Shown: piece by piece, positions 1-11,270 of the stretch
Layout of the letters: each line of letters begins with the position of its first letter
How positions within the stretch are numbered: the stretch's first letter is position 1
Origin: the human T2T-CHM13v2.0 reference genome, Homo sapiens
Assembly (NCBI RefSeq): GCF_009914755.1
Contig: NC_060926.1
Length of the DNA: 64,000 nucleotides
Strand: one strand, 5' to 3'
Notes under the pieces: model-generated
Database searches by the model: none
What the model was told of the DNA's origin: nothing
What the model saw: the letters and a program-made list of their open reading frames with translations, nothing else
Translations under genes and position numbers: made by a program

Positions 1-339
1 TCTACTCATTGAAATCTACTAGAGAAAGAATTTATTATTTTGGATAGAGGCAAACATATTACTATAAATATATAGCAAAAATCCCATAGACATCATTGAA
101 TACATCATCACAGAATCTCATATTTGGCAACAGAAAATGTACTCTATTATTTGTTGGGTCAAAAGAAACTACATATCCTTGAGAAGATTTTTTTTAATTT
201 CTAGAGTTAAATTTATAGCATAACAGAAAATTACTAACTTCTTCCACTACCTAGAGTTTCAAGTCACTAATTTTACTAATCCATTAAATGTATGTTTTCT
301 ACGCTTAAGAAACCAAAGAAACCTGCAGATTCTATATAT

Positions 340-535
340 TTACCCAGGGATCACTTTCCTGGTGGTGAAATGTAACCAGCTCTTTTGCAGAATGGAACAA
401 TCACTGGGTGCCAGTAACACTATGCTACAATGTGCAGAGAGGGAAATGAAGGCTAGCTCATCCGAAGGAAACTACAGGGGAATTTTAGATCAGCAGAATG
501 CAATTATCCAAGTTGGAATTGTTCCAGAACACCAA
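340..535 (-). mobile_element. AmnSINE1 (ancient amniote Deu-domain SINE) 3' fragment
   Basis: Colinear similarity to the reverse complement of the AmnSINE1 consensus as I recall it: CAGGGATCACTT..TGAAATG..CAGTAACACTA..GAAACTACAGGGGAATTT..GCAGAATGCAATTATCCAAGTTGGAATT..CCAGAACACC. Confidence 0.75.
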
Positions 536-799
536 AGAGAACTCTAAAGGTGGGTAAATTGAATAGCATTTCTCCTCAATTGCAGGACAAACAACTCCAT
601 CTCACAAGACTGGTGCTTGTTCTGTTTATTTGTCTTTATGTTGTGAGCACTACTGGACACGTGCTGGCCACTGTCACAAGAGATGAAGGGTGTAGAACAC
701 TTGATCAGAATCAGGGGCATCAGATCAATAATAGGCACCCTATACTCTTCTGCTATCCAAAAAGTGAAAGATGCTTTTAGAATCTGTTTCGACGTACAA

Positions 800-983
800 T
801 TTATTTATCAACTGGGTACTCAGGGAGACTCTATTTTCCAGTTCCTCTTGCATCTACGTGTGACCACATGACTGAGTTCTGGCCAATGGAATGTAGGGGG
901 AAATATATACTTGACTTTGAGCTTGGTCATAAAATAAATACACCACTTGGCCCCCTTCTCTGCCTTTCTCTCTCTCTGTCTCT

Positions 984-1029
<46 letters not shown>

Positions 1030-1235
1030 ATGCATCCAGAAGTGCAGCACTCAGAGATCTCAGAGACAATAGATTAAAAGAGTTCAAATCCCCAAGTCCC
1101 TGCTTAGAGGGTTGCTATCCAGAAGAGTGGCTTGAGCTACATCAGACCATGACATGAACAACAACAACAAAAAAACTTTACTGTGTTAAGATTTGGAAGT
1201 TTTTGTTCTACCAGCTAGAGAGATCTTGACTAATG
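800..1235 (+). mobile_element. MLT1 (MaLR solo LTR, I/J-like) with internal (CA)n
   Basis: CACATGACTGAGTTCTGGCCAATGGAATGT core and 3' end AAACTTTACTGTGTTAAGATTTGG..TGACTAAT typical of MLT1. Confidence 0.75.
985..1027. repeat. (CA)n microsatellite
   Basis: Uninterrupted CA run of ~21 units. Confidence 0.98.
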
Positions 1236-1639
1236 TGATGTCCACGATAGAAATGAAATTCCTCCAAATTCCAGAATTGAGAAAGTTGAAAAAAGTTACT
1301 ACAAAAAGCAAGGACATAGTAAGACTTAACTTCCATTCATTGCTTATGGGAGTGTAAAACTTTTACTAGTGTTCTAAAGGGAAAAAATCCGCAAAAAAAT
1401 ATTAAGCTGTAATGGCTTTGTATCTTCTTATGCTTCAACCTAGTAAACTCTACATCTAGACTCTATCCTGAAGAAAAATCAAAACTAGTGACCAAGATCT
1501 TTGTTCCTGAGAACACTGGTTATGTTAATAAAAATATCATGTCACATAAGCATGAAAAGGGATAGTTAACTAAATTCTGGTTACACCTCTATTAGGAAAT
1601 ACTATTCAATCATCAAAAATTATATACCCAGTGGATATT

Positions 1640-1830
1640 TTAGTCATTTATTTATTCAATAAACTAATGTTTATTTAGTATCTATTACGGCCAGGACTTA
1701 CTCTAGATGCTGGGGATATAACAATGAACAACAATAAAATGTGTCTGTTCTGATGATGTGTATTTTGTGGTGGATAAGACAAACAATATATAACAGACAA
1801 ATAAATCAATAAATGGATACTCACAATGAA
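1640..1830 (-). mobile_element. L2 3' end fragment
   Basis: TCATTTATTTATTCAATAAA..TTTATTTAGTATCTATTACGGCCAGG..CTAGATGCTGGGGATATAACAATGAACAA is the reverse complement of the L2 3' terminus. Confidence 0.75.
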
Positions 1831-3699
1831 CTGGAAAAATGCTCCACTGAGAATATTTAAGAATGTAACATGCAGGAACTGTATATACATTGTGCATACA
1901 CAGGCATACAAACACATACATACAACACCCCACATACAGAGTTAGAGAGAAAAAGGCTAGAGAGAAAAATAATAAAATTCTAACATATGCATATGTAACT
2001 TTTCTAATCATGAGCAACTCAAAGTTCATAAAACATACAAATTAGTTGCATTGCTGATGTATGAATTTGAGATGTTAAGTGTATAGCTCTGGTGTGGAGG
2101 GATGATCAATTTACATAGAGTAACAGGGCAGGCAATGAGCAGCCGCTTGTCAGAAGGATTTTATTATTACAAAATCAAGTAACACTCGGCAAAGTGACTT
2201 AAATTATTTAAAAGAAAACACGATATCTTTTTCAAAAAAAATCTTAAAAAGGAAAAAAAGAGGGCAATGAGTTCGGATAGAACCCAACCAGCCAGTGCTG
2301 ATCATGGAAGTGGAGAGACTGTGGCAGGAGCAGAACAGCGATGGAGGGATGGTTCTTATGGAAGTTGGGAACCTGATGAATGAGTTCACCATTTTTTCTA
2401 CCCTGAAAGTGACAAAAACTAACTCATGAAGCTTTTTCTGCCTGTATTCCAGAGAATGCAAAAATTACTCATCAAGTAAAAAATTAAAAGGAATTTTTAG
2501 TGCTCTGAAGTGGGCACTTAAATTTTCCACTATAATTTACTCTATTTTCAGAGGTGACTTATAGGCTATGGTGGGATGGGTGAATGTGTCCATTTTTCAT
2601 GTGCTCAGTATGTCCACTCACAAGTTTCAAGTGTCTGCTGTATGCCACAGTGTTAGCAGTGAATGTTTCTAGGCTGGGGGATGTAGAATTATTTTTGTTT
2701 CAGTGTTCATATATTTCTACTTTCTTAAAATTTTTCTAAAGAGTATATGGCTTGCTTTAAAACTTAAAAACAAAAATAAATATGTACATATATAAAAACA
2801 AAAGTGTATGGCTGTCTCTTTACTCATCAGGCTTGTCAGTAGGACTTTTTAGCCATGAATGGGGTACCCACTTCCATGATAAACTTACATTGCATCTGCA
2901 CAGCTGTAACTGCCATCAACAGTGTCCAGTTGTTGGCCCAAGTCCATGATGATCCCTCTAGGCCATCATCTGGCAGGGGAGCTTAGGTAATGCCTTTGGG
3001 CTCTGTGCCACACCCCTTAAAGATGCACAAATCAAGATGCTTAGCCCCCTGAAAGAGTGACCTCTCCAAAAAATCCATGAGTGTTCATCCATTCATCATT
3101 TCTGATTAGACCCACACCCTCAAATGAAGTCTGCAAATAGCATTTCAGAAGCCGCCTATTTCCATACAGATGGAAAAGGGAGCTTATTCTTCACTAAACT
3201 CAACGAAAAATCTTGGGGCACTATGCACACATGCAGAAGGGGCTGCAGTCCTGGACGTATCCCACCAAAACTCACTCTGTTGGCAACAGAGTAGGGCTCT
3301 GAATCAGAGGGTTGGAAGGAATCTAAGTAAGACATCTAGTCCATCACCCTGCCTCCAGGCAATTTTCCAGGCAGATGGGTATTTATCCTGTTCTTAAAGC
3401 TCTCCACTGATCTGAGGGAAAAAGACAAGGGTATTTATATCCATGATGTTTTCTAACCAAATGTGTAATATTTGCCACCTACACCATCTGCAGCAGTTCA
3501 AAATGTAGTAAGATTGAAAGTTAAACTCATTGATCTCAGCAGAGATAATGAAATAAAAATGTTTTGTATTATATACTATAATTTTTCCCAAAGCTTTTGA
3601 AGAAGAATTCATAAAATGGCATCAGTAGTTTAGGGCAAAGAAGAAAGAATTTGTTTGACGATTGACAATCAGTACAGTTTCCAGAAATCAGATAGGAAA

Positions 3700-3870
3700 A
3701 GCTCAGTTGCTAGTTATTGCTCTTAGCACAGTTGTGTGCAAACTAACACCGTGGTCCTAGGCTTACTCTCTGGGGAATTCATTTAGCTGTGTTTTGTCCC
3801 ATGGCTTTTCACCACAGCTCACCTGTCTCTCAAATGTGTATCCTTAATCCCAAATAGTTTAAGAGAGAAG
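3700..3870 (+). mobile_element. MamSINE1-like tRNA-derived ancient SINE
   Basis: AGCTCAGTTG A-box-like start, then TTAGCTGTGTTTTGTCCCATGGC..CTGTCTCTCAAATGTGT, matching MamSINE1 as recalled. Confidence 0.55.
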
Positions 3871-5639
3871 AAATTATCAAAAATTCATGTTTTGCAGTGG
3901 GGGCAAGGACATCCTTTCTCTGCCCCTCCAATTATGAGCACAATTATTTTTAACATAAAATAAACATAATTCTTTGTTTAGTGTTTGGATACAGAAATGA
4001 AATTTGAAGATCTGGCCAGATTTTATAAAGAACTGCCCAAACTCCAATCCCTTAATCCTCTTATTCACACAACCTGCTTCTTCAGATTTTGGAACTTGAG
4101 CTATTTAAGATTCAGTAGTTCACTTTCTCTGATGCCTGATATACTGATGATGGTGCTTAGCAACCTCTAGTGATTTTATTGCTGCTTGGCCAATCCTAGG
4201 TTTACTCATCAAGTATCCTAGTTCTTTAACTGGACTCAGCATACCAAGCCAATATTCAGGTATTTATCGTTGACATTTGCTGGTGAGCAATGATATCGTC
4301 TCCACCCAGACAGGGTTCAGAGCCCCCAGAGATCACAGTTGGCCCCAGTTTCTGTGCAGGAGCACAGTCAAGCCAATCAATGTGAGGTACATCTGTGAGA
4401 AACCCCACTATATGGACAAGCCTACAGGCAAACCAGAGAAAACCCTCTCTCCAGCATCCAGCCCTTAGTTCCAGGTGTCATATAACTGGCCTGGAATGGT
4501 CCTTACATTTTCTCTGGGCTCATTACTAGAGGCATTAGAGACAATAAAGTCTCTTTATTTAGGAAAACTCTTTCTCAAAAGCTCTTCTCTACTGGGAGTG
4601 AGTCTGGCATTCAGAGGTTACCCTAGAAAACTTCAGCCTACATTTTATTGAAGGAACCATGATTTCAGACATGAGTCACTGAGAAGAGTCAGTTTTATAG
4701 GATTTAGTCTCCCTAATACAGACAGTTGGTGAAAATGGCCAAACTTAGTTATACACTTAGTGTGCATAAAATGGCCAGAAAAAAACCTATGGCAAAACTT
4801 TTCTGTATGAGTTATCTTTCCTTCCCAGTAAGCAAGACAGAAATGTAATAATTGTGTATCAAGTATAGTAGCATAGTGGAAAGAGAATCACCCTGGTAGT
4901 CTAGAGACCAGAGTTCTAGGCATCTCCTGCCACTTGACACTGATATAAGTATGTATAAATTTATTCACATATAAGACACAGTTCTGGAATATTTCCAAGA
5001 TAATCAAAATGCAAGGAGCCCTGGCCATGTAGCAAACCAGGAGTTCCTATCTGGCAGCATAGAGTGAACCAAGACAGGCGAGGTAGTAGCTGGGACATTC
5101 TATACCCAGTCGACTGAGATAGTAAATGCAAGGCCAGATCAAGCCAGTGTGAATATCTAAAAGTTATTATCAGAGAGTGAGACACAGTAGCACCTTTTCT
5201 AGGGGAAAGTGGTTTTCAACATCTAGCTGTACCTGAGTTGTCACTTGAAGAGGATGATGGACAAAGTAGTAGAAGTAGGACCAGGCCTAGCCCACTGGCT
5301 GGCAGGGCCTAAGGAAAGAGGAAAGAGCATGGCCCAGCTGATAGGGGTGGAAGACAAGCTGGCCTCTAGTTCCAGAGAGGATTGACTAAGGGAACCAGAG
5401 CCAAGGAACCAACCCAGGTCACAGCCAGATTAGAAAGCAAGTCACCCTTGGAGGGTGATAGGTAGAGAGGCTGAGGCCTGCCTGCTTCCTATGTGTTGTT
5501 AGAGAACACCAGTTGCTGTATCCCCACTGGACACCCACTGTGCTAGGCAGTAGCACCAGCACACCCCATTCCTTTGTTGTAATAACTCTCAGAGGTAGCC
5601 TTTGCCATACACACTAGAGGAAAACAATTAGCAAGTATA

Positions 5640-5810
5640 ACATTTCCCAAAAAATGTTCCATGGACTAAGAGCTCTAAGGCTAAATAGATAGCTTGGGAA
5701 ATGTATGCTTTAGCCTTTCCTTTATACTTTTAGAGAATCACAGTGTACATTAAAAGCTCTAAGATGTCCCGTGTTAAAGAAATCATTTTTCATTAGCCCA
5801 GAATTTCCAA
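5640..5810. mobile_element. hAT-Charlie family non-autonomous DNA transposon fragment
   Basis: CATTTCCCAAAAAATGTTCCATGGA terminus and AGAATCACAGTGTACATTAAAAGCTCT internal motif. Confidence 0.5.
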
Positions 5811-6544
5811 TAAAACCACCTCTCTACCACCCCAACAAATAGGCACACATACTTGTTCTTTCAGAAACATTTACATCTTTCTGACCTAGTGTTTTAAGGA
5901 ATAGACTCTGAAAATGTATGAGAAACGTGTGTGCTTTGTAATACAAAGCATTAAACAAGTGTAAATCTAAGTACCGTGGTCGATTTATGCTGATGGAAAT
6001 GAGGAAAGTGGTGGTATTAGAAGCCATGAATGAAGCAGCCGCTCTTGAGCGTCTGATTCGGTGTACATCCACCAAGACATTCATCTTGTGTAGCTGAACA
6101 TCTAAATTTCTGGCATGATACAGACCACAGATGGGGGATATATTTGGGTTTATAAAAAATATACAAAATGAATGAATGAATGGGAAAAAGTAGAAACAAT
6201 ATCATATTCCATCCGTGTAGAATAAATTTTATTTGGGCGGGGGGACAATAAACTCCTCCCGTACTACACTCAAAGAGTGGTACAGTTGTACCAGAATGGG
6301 TCTCCCATCATAATCATGTGTTCACAGAGTTCTCTGCCAGCCCCTTCCAAGCTGACAATGCCTCCTTACAGGGACTCACTGATTTTCTCCTTTCTATCCA
6401 TCTCCAAATCAGTAACTGCTCTGGGGCTATTGCCTCTGCAGGAGACTTAGCTCCTAGGCAGCTGGGTGTATGCATTTGCTGGGGTGAAGGAGGAGGGAAG
6501 GTGGTCTCAAAGGAAATTCTGGATTAAAAAATAAATAAATAAAA

Positions 6545-6700
6545 AGGTTGTTTTAATAAGGAGCTTCTCAGAGCCTTTAATGTGCTAATGTGCACTGTGG
6601 TTTTCTAAGAACTGGCTGAGGAGGACAGGACATACTGTATAGAATCTTCTAAGCTATATATTTTTCCATAAAATTCTTTGTCCATGAAGCATTTGTTGTG
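6545..6700. mobile_element. hAT-Charlie family fragment, opposite orientation to 5640-5810
   Basis: CTTCTCAGAGCCTTTAATGTGCTAATGTGCACTGTG is the reverse complement of the motif at ~5735-5765. Confidence 0.5.
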
Positions 6701-6859
6701 GGTGGGGGGAGCTGCACTGGCTTCTTTAACTTTCCTTAGTGTGCTTAGCCATAGCTACCTCTAAGGGTTATTTTAAGGAATGAATGAGACAATGGGAATG
6801 ATATTGCCCAGCACAATCATACATAGCACAGTGTCAACAAATAACGTTCCTTAATAACT

Positions 6860-7000
6860 TGCAGGTATTGGGAGGCATTATTATCCCCATTTTGTGAGTG
6901 GGGAAACTGAGGTTCACAAGAGTTCAGTGACATGACTTCCTTCAGTAAACAGCCAGGCTTAGGGCTTCTGCCTCCAAATCCTAAAAGCATTCTCCTTGCC
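6860..7000 (-). mobile_element. MIR
   Basis: ATTATTATCCCCATTTTGTGAGTGGGGAAACTGAGG MIR core. Confidence 0.85.
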
Positions 7001-8852
7001 ACTCCTTGTGGCTCCGAGCAGCTTTTACCTTGTAACTATATCGTTACCTTTCAGGATGTCACATCCACCCAGAAATCGACTTCCCGTGAAGCACTCTGAG
7101 TAAAGCCAGTGGGAGCCTCGCGTCTGTGGATTCTATTCTTTTGAAGGCGTGTGATCAGCAGACATATGCTGTCCAATGCTTCCCACACATGCCACTTCTG
7201 AGCTGGCCTATCACTGGGGGCCTGTGCAGTGTGGTCTGTTTGAGGCCAATAATCATATCACCATTGTAATGAGTGGCAAATCCTATGTAATTTACACATT
7301 AAAAGGAGGCTGAGATGCATGGAAAAACCCAGCCCCCATTTGTCTAATGAAATTAAAGCTCTTAGCCAAATACTGGTACTGAAAAGAGATGTTTGGGAAG
7401 GGCTCTCCCGCCCCTGCCTCTGAAGAAGAGGGTGAGTGTTCTTTATTCATGATCCTGCCTCTACCTAAATCACTTCCACAATGGGACCTCTAAACCAAGG
7501 GGCCCTGTCTGGGAGCATGATTTACGCATAGCTGAGACCGGGCAAGGCTTACAAAGGCATTATGACTAGTTATTTTCAATGACAATTGAAGGAAAAAATA
7601 AAGCAGCAAAGATATTCTGTGTTTTGGAAGGCGAAGCACTAAACTGCCCTCTGCCTCCTCCACCAACTGACACAAAAGAAGGTTTTGAGCCATACCTGAT
7701 AAAGCAATTATTTTAAGATATTTTCATATTCAGTGGTAACTGGACAGTATCATGAAACGAGTATGAATGATACGGCCCTTGGAGCAACTGGGCTGAGCAT
7801 AAGCTCTGGAATAACCATTGGTCCCATGATAAGGTAAGAAGAGGTGATAGGCTCTTGCCTTCAATGGCTGCCCGAATACTTATGTGTTCCTCCTTGGCTT
7901 TGAAACTGCCTGAAGTCATGTTGAGTGAGATAAACCAAAACACGCCAAATATAATTGGATTTAAGTGTGAAAATCAAGAATCTACCATGATTAAGCTGGT
8001 TAGCATACAGGATGCTCTTGTTTCATCCATGAATGGCAAATACATAGACATACTGTGAAGTATTTGGGTCTAAGAATATGAGTGGAGGCATTGAGGCAAT
8101 AATCCGTGTATAGGAATAGCCAGAGCATATAGAAAAATAACTAACAGCCTTTATCCCTGGGTTAAACAACTCCTCAAAGGCAAGCACATTTGAAAAATAT
8201 AATGCAGTGTGCACACACGTACTCACACCCACACCCCTGAACCAGAAAAAGAAGGGTGTGTTGAGAAGTATCTTTGTCCATTTTCCTTACACTGTACAAA
8301 ACTTTGCACAACCCAGTCACTGCCTGATTTCAACCTCATTTCCTACCAGTCTCCCTCGCTCTCTCCTTATTCACTGGCCGCATCTTTCTTTTTCTTCCTC
8401 AGTCACATGGAATTCATTTTTCTGTTTCGAGGCATTCTCTGCTTGTAATAGTCCTCCCCAAGATTTTCACACAACTAGCTCTTTCCCATCTAACAAGATT
8501 CTTGTGGGTTCTAAGCACATCAGATCAAACCTGTTAAAATATACTCACATTGCATATTGAGTAGAATTTATATAAAATGATAACAGTTGAGTTGCAGTTG
8601 ATTAGTTACAATTGACATTTTGTATGCATTTAAATAAATATTGTTGGTTTCAATTTTGCTGTATTCTTTTCATAAATTAATGCCAGTAATATTTTTCCAG
8701 GCCTGAAACACTTTCCCAGGTGCTGAAAAACTCTTAGTCACAGGCATTATGCTTATAATTCCTAGTAGATAAAATAGTCCTGCTTTCATCATTCCAGTTC
8801 TGGTCAAATGTCATCAGTTGCTCAGAAAAGGTATTTTCTAATTATCTGTTAC

Positions 8853-8855
<3 letters not shown>

Positions 8856-8892
<37 letters not shown>
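8856..8892. repeat. (CA)n microsatellite
   Basis: Direct reading. Confidence 0.98.
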
Positions 8893-8894
<2 letters not shown>

Positions 8895-8957
8895 GAAAAC
8901 CGCTCATTCCATGCTCAATCACTCTTTACCATCACTTTATCTCTTTCCTGCTGTTCG

Positions 8958-9290
8958 TCATTCATTCAACTGATATTTATAGAATGCCTACTATATGTCG
9001 GCTCATTCATTCATTCAACTGATATTTATTGAATGTCTACTATGCTAGGTCATTCATTTATTCAACTGATATCTATTGACTGTCTTCTGTACGCCAGGCA
9101 CTCTTCTAGGCAATGAGGATGCGATAGTGAAAAAAAGTTATTTGTGTCTCTGTTCTCACTAAGTTTACCTTCTAGCAGCAGGAAACTCATGGTAAACATT
9201 CAATACCGGATAGCTTCAGATTATGAAAAGTATTTTTTTAAAAATAATGGTAGGCAATAACAGCATGCAGTGAGTGGTTATTTTGGACAG
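8958..9290 (-). mobile_element. L2 3' end with triplicated ~46 bp terminus
   Basis: Three tandem TCATTCA(T)TCAACTGATAT(T/C)TAT..GAATG.CTACTAT units, then GCCAGGCACTCTTCTAGG. Confidence 0.85.
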
Positions 9291-9819
9291 AGTCCAAATT
9301 TAGTAACAAAAGCTTTTAAGTATAAATTAGATGCCTTGATGCAGATCATGGGACAGAAGAATTTGGAATTCACCCATGAAGCTCCAGATGAGAGAAGTGT
9401 GTATCACCAGCCCTGAGGAAGAGAAACAGGAGACCCATATGAGAGCCTATCATGGCAACTCATTTTTACATTCAACTTACATGCAACTCTCATTATACAG
9501 CCTGAGCTTTAATCACTCTCAAGAAATCATTTCGTCCTTCTAAAATCTTTGAACAACATCTCCTGGTGTTATGATAGACAGAGAGATACCTAGGCCAAAT
9601 TAATCTTATGAAATTGTGAGTTATGATTCTTGAATCCAGAATAGTTCAACTCAGCCATTGCATAACTCTGACTTACATAGTTTGTGTGTGATATGTTAGT
9701 TATCTTCACTGATTTTCTCAGGAACTTCATGATGTAAGTAAGAAATATATTATCCCTGTTTTGTGATGAAGAAACAGATACTCAGAGAGATTACTTACCT
9801 ATTTTAGATAGGCTTAGTT

Positions 9820-10715
9820 GGACTCATGGTACAGTAGAAAGCAACTCCTAAAGAAAGAAACAAATTTTGTTTCTCTATCACACAAAGTTCACCGCAGGTT
9901 AGCTACCTTCCAAGGCAGTTGTTTTCCTTGCAGAGTGTGTGATGGTTAATTTTGTGTCAACTTGACTGGATTAAGTCAACTTGATGCAGATAGCTGGTAG
10001 AAATTATTTCTAAGCGTTATCTTTGGGGGTGTTTCTGGAAGAGATTAGTATTTGAATAAGCAGACCCAATAAAGAAAAGAAGATCCAAACTCTCTCTCCA
10101 CCCCCCCTCTCTCTCTCTCTCACTCTCTCTCGAGCTGGGACATCCATCTTCTCTTGCCCTCAGACATGGGAGCTCCTGTCTCTTAGCTTTTGGACTCCAG
10201 ACTTACACCAGCAGCCCCAACCTGGTTCTCAGGACTTCAGCTGTGGACTGGGACTTACACTGTCAGCTCCCCTGGTTCTAAGGTCTTCGGTTGGAATTAC
10301 ACCACTGGCTTTCCTGGTTCTCCAGCTTGCAGACAACATCATAAAACTTCTTGGCTTCTATAATTATGTGAGCCAATCCCCATGTTAAATCTCTTATTTT
10401 ATGTCATCTTTTATATCCTCTTGGTTGTGTTTCTCTGAAGAACCCTGACTAATACACAGGGACTCAGCAATCCAGGCTGTTTCTATCTTATGGCTCTACC
10501 ACCCCAACATGAGGCCTCCTTGTGGGCAAGAGAGGACTGAAGTAGTACATAGGAAATTTACTGGCTTAGCCCAGAAGTGACACACATAATTTCTACACAC
10601 AATTCATTGTCCAGGACTACTCATACAGCCCTATTTAAATGCAAGGGATTTGGGAAGTATAGCTGTCCATGTTCCCAAGAAGAAAAGATCTGAAATGAAA
10701 TTTGCCTCTGCCACA
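9820..10715 (-). mobile_element. MLT1 (J/K-like) LTR interrupted by MLT2
   Basis: Two halves (~9820-9935 and ~10457-10715); CATTGTCCAGGACTACTCATACAGCC..TGCAAGGGATTTGGGAAGTATAG is the MLT1 core in reverse. Confidence 0.65.
9938..10456 (+). mobile_element. MLT2 (ERVL) solo LTR
   Basis: Starts TGTGATGGTTAATTTTGTGTCAACTTGACTGG and ends TCTCTGAAGAACCCTGACTAATACA. Confidence 0.9.
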
Positions 10716-10790
10716 GTGCCCAAAATCAAATAACAAAGAAAATTTAAAAACTAAGATGTACTTCAACCTGATGTCAACCCCAGTACTTTT

Positions 10791-10922
10791 CTGTGTGTGT
10801 GTAAATAGAATCAGGGTCTATTTATGTTGCCTAGACTAGTCTTCAACTCCTTGCCTCAAGTGAATCCTCCTGCCCTGGACTCCCTAAGTGCTGAAATTAC
10901 TGACTTGATGTCACGCCTGACC
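10791..10922 (-). mobile_element. FLAM / Alu monomer with degenerate TSD
   Basis: Alu left-arm sequence flanked by AACCCCAGTACTTTT (10776-10790) and AAGCCCAGTACTCTT (10923-10937). Confidence 0.8.
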
Positions 10923-11040
10923 AAGCCCAGTACTCTTTTCATGATTCTATCTAAGCTAGAAGGTAAGGATTAATTTTGTTTGTTCTTATTTCCAGGGCCC
11001 AGGCCAGAATATCACTGACATATGGAAGATGTTCAAACAG

Positions 11041-11270
11041 GGAGAGAGGGAGAGAGGCAGAGAGGGACAGAGAAGGAAGGAGGGAAGGAAGGAAGGGAGG
11101 GAGGGAGGGAGGGAGGGAGGAAGGAAGGAAGGAAGGAAGGGAGGGAGGGAGGGAGGGAGGGAGGGAGGGAGGGAGGGAGGGAGGGAGGGAAGGAAGGGAG
11201 GGAGGGAGGGAGGGAGGGAGGGAGGAAGGAAGGAAGGGAAGGAGGGAGGGAGGTGAGAGAAAGGGAGGAA
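11041..11270. repeat. Polypurine (GGGA/GGAA)n tetranucleotide array
   Basis: ~230 bp almost pure purine tract; it generates the spurious GRE/PPSL ORFs in the ORF track. Confidence 0.97.
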
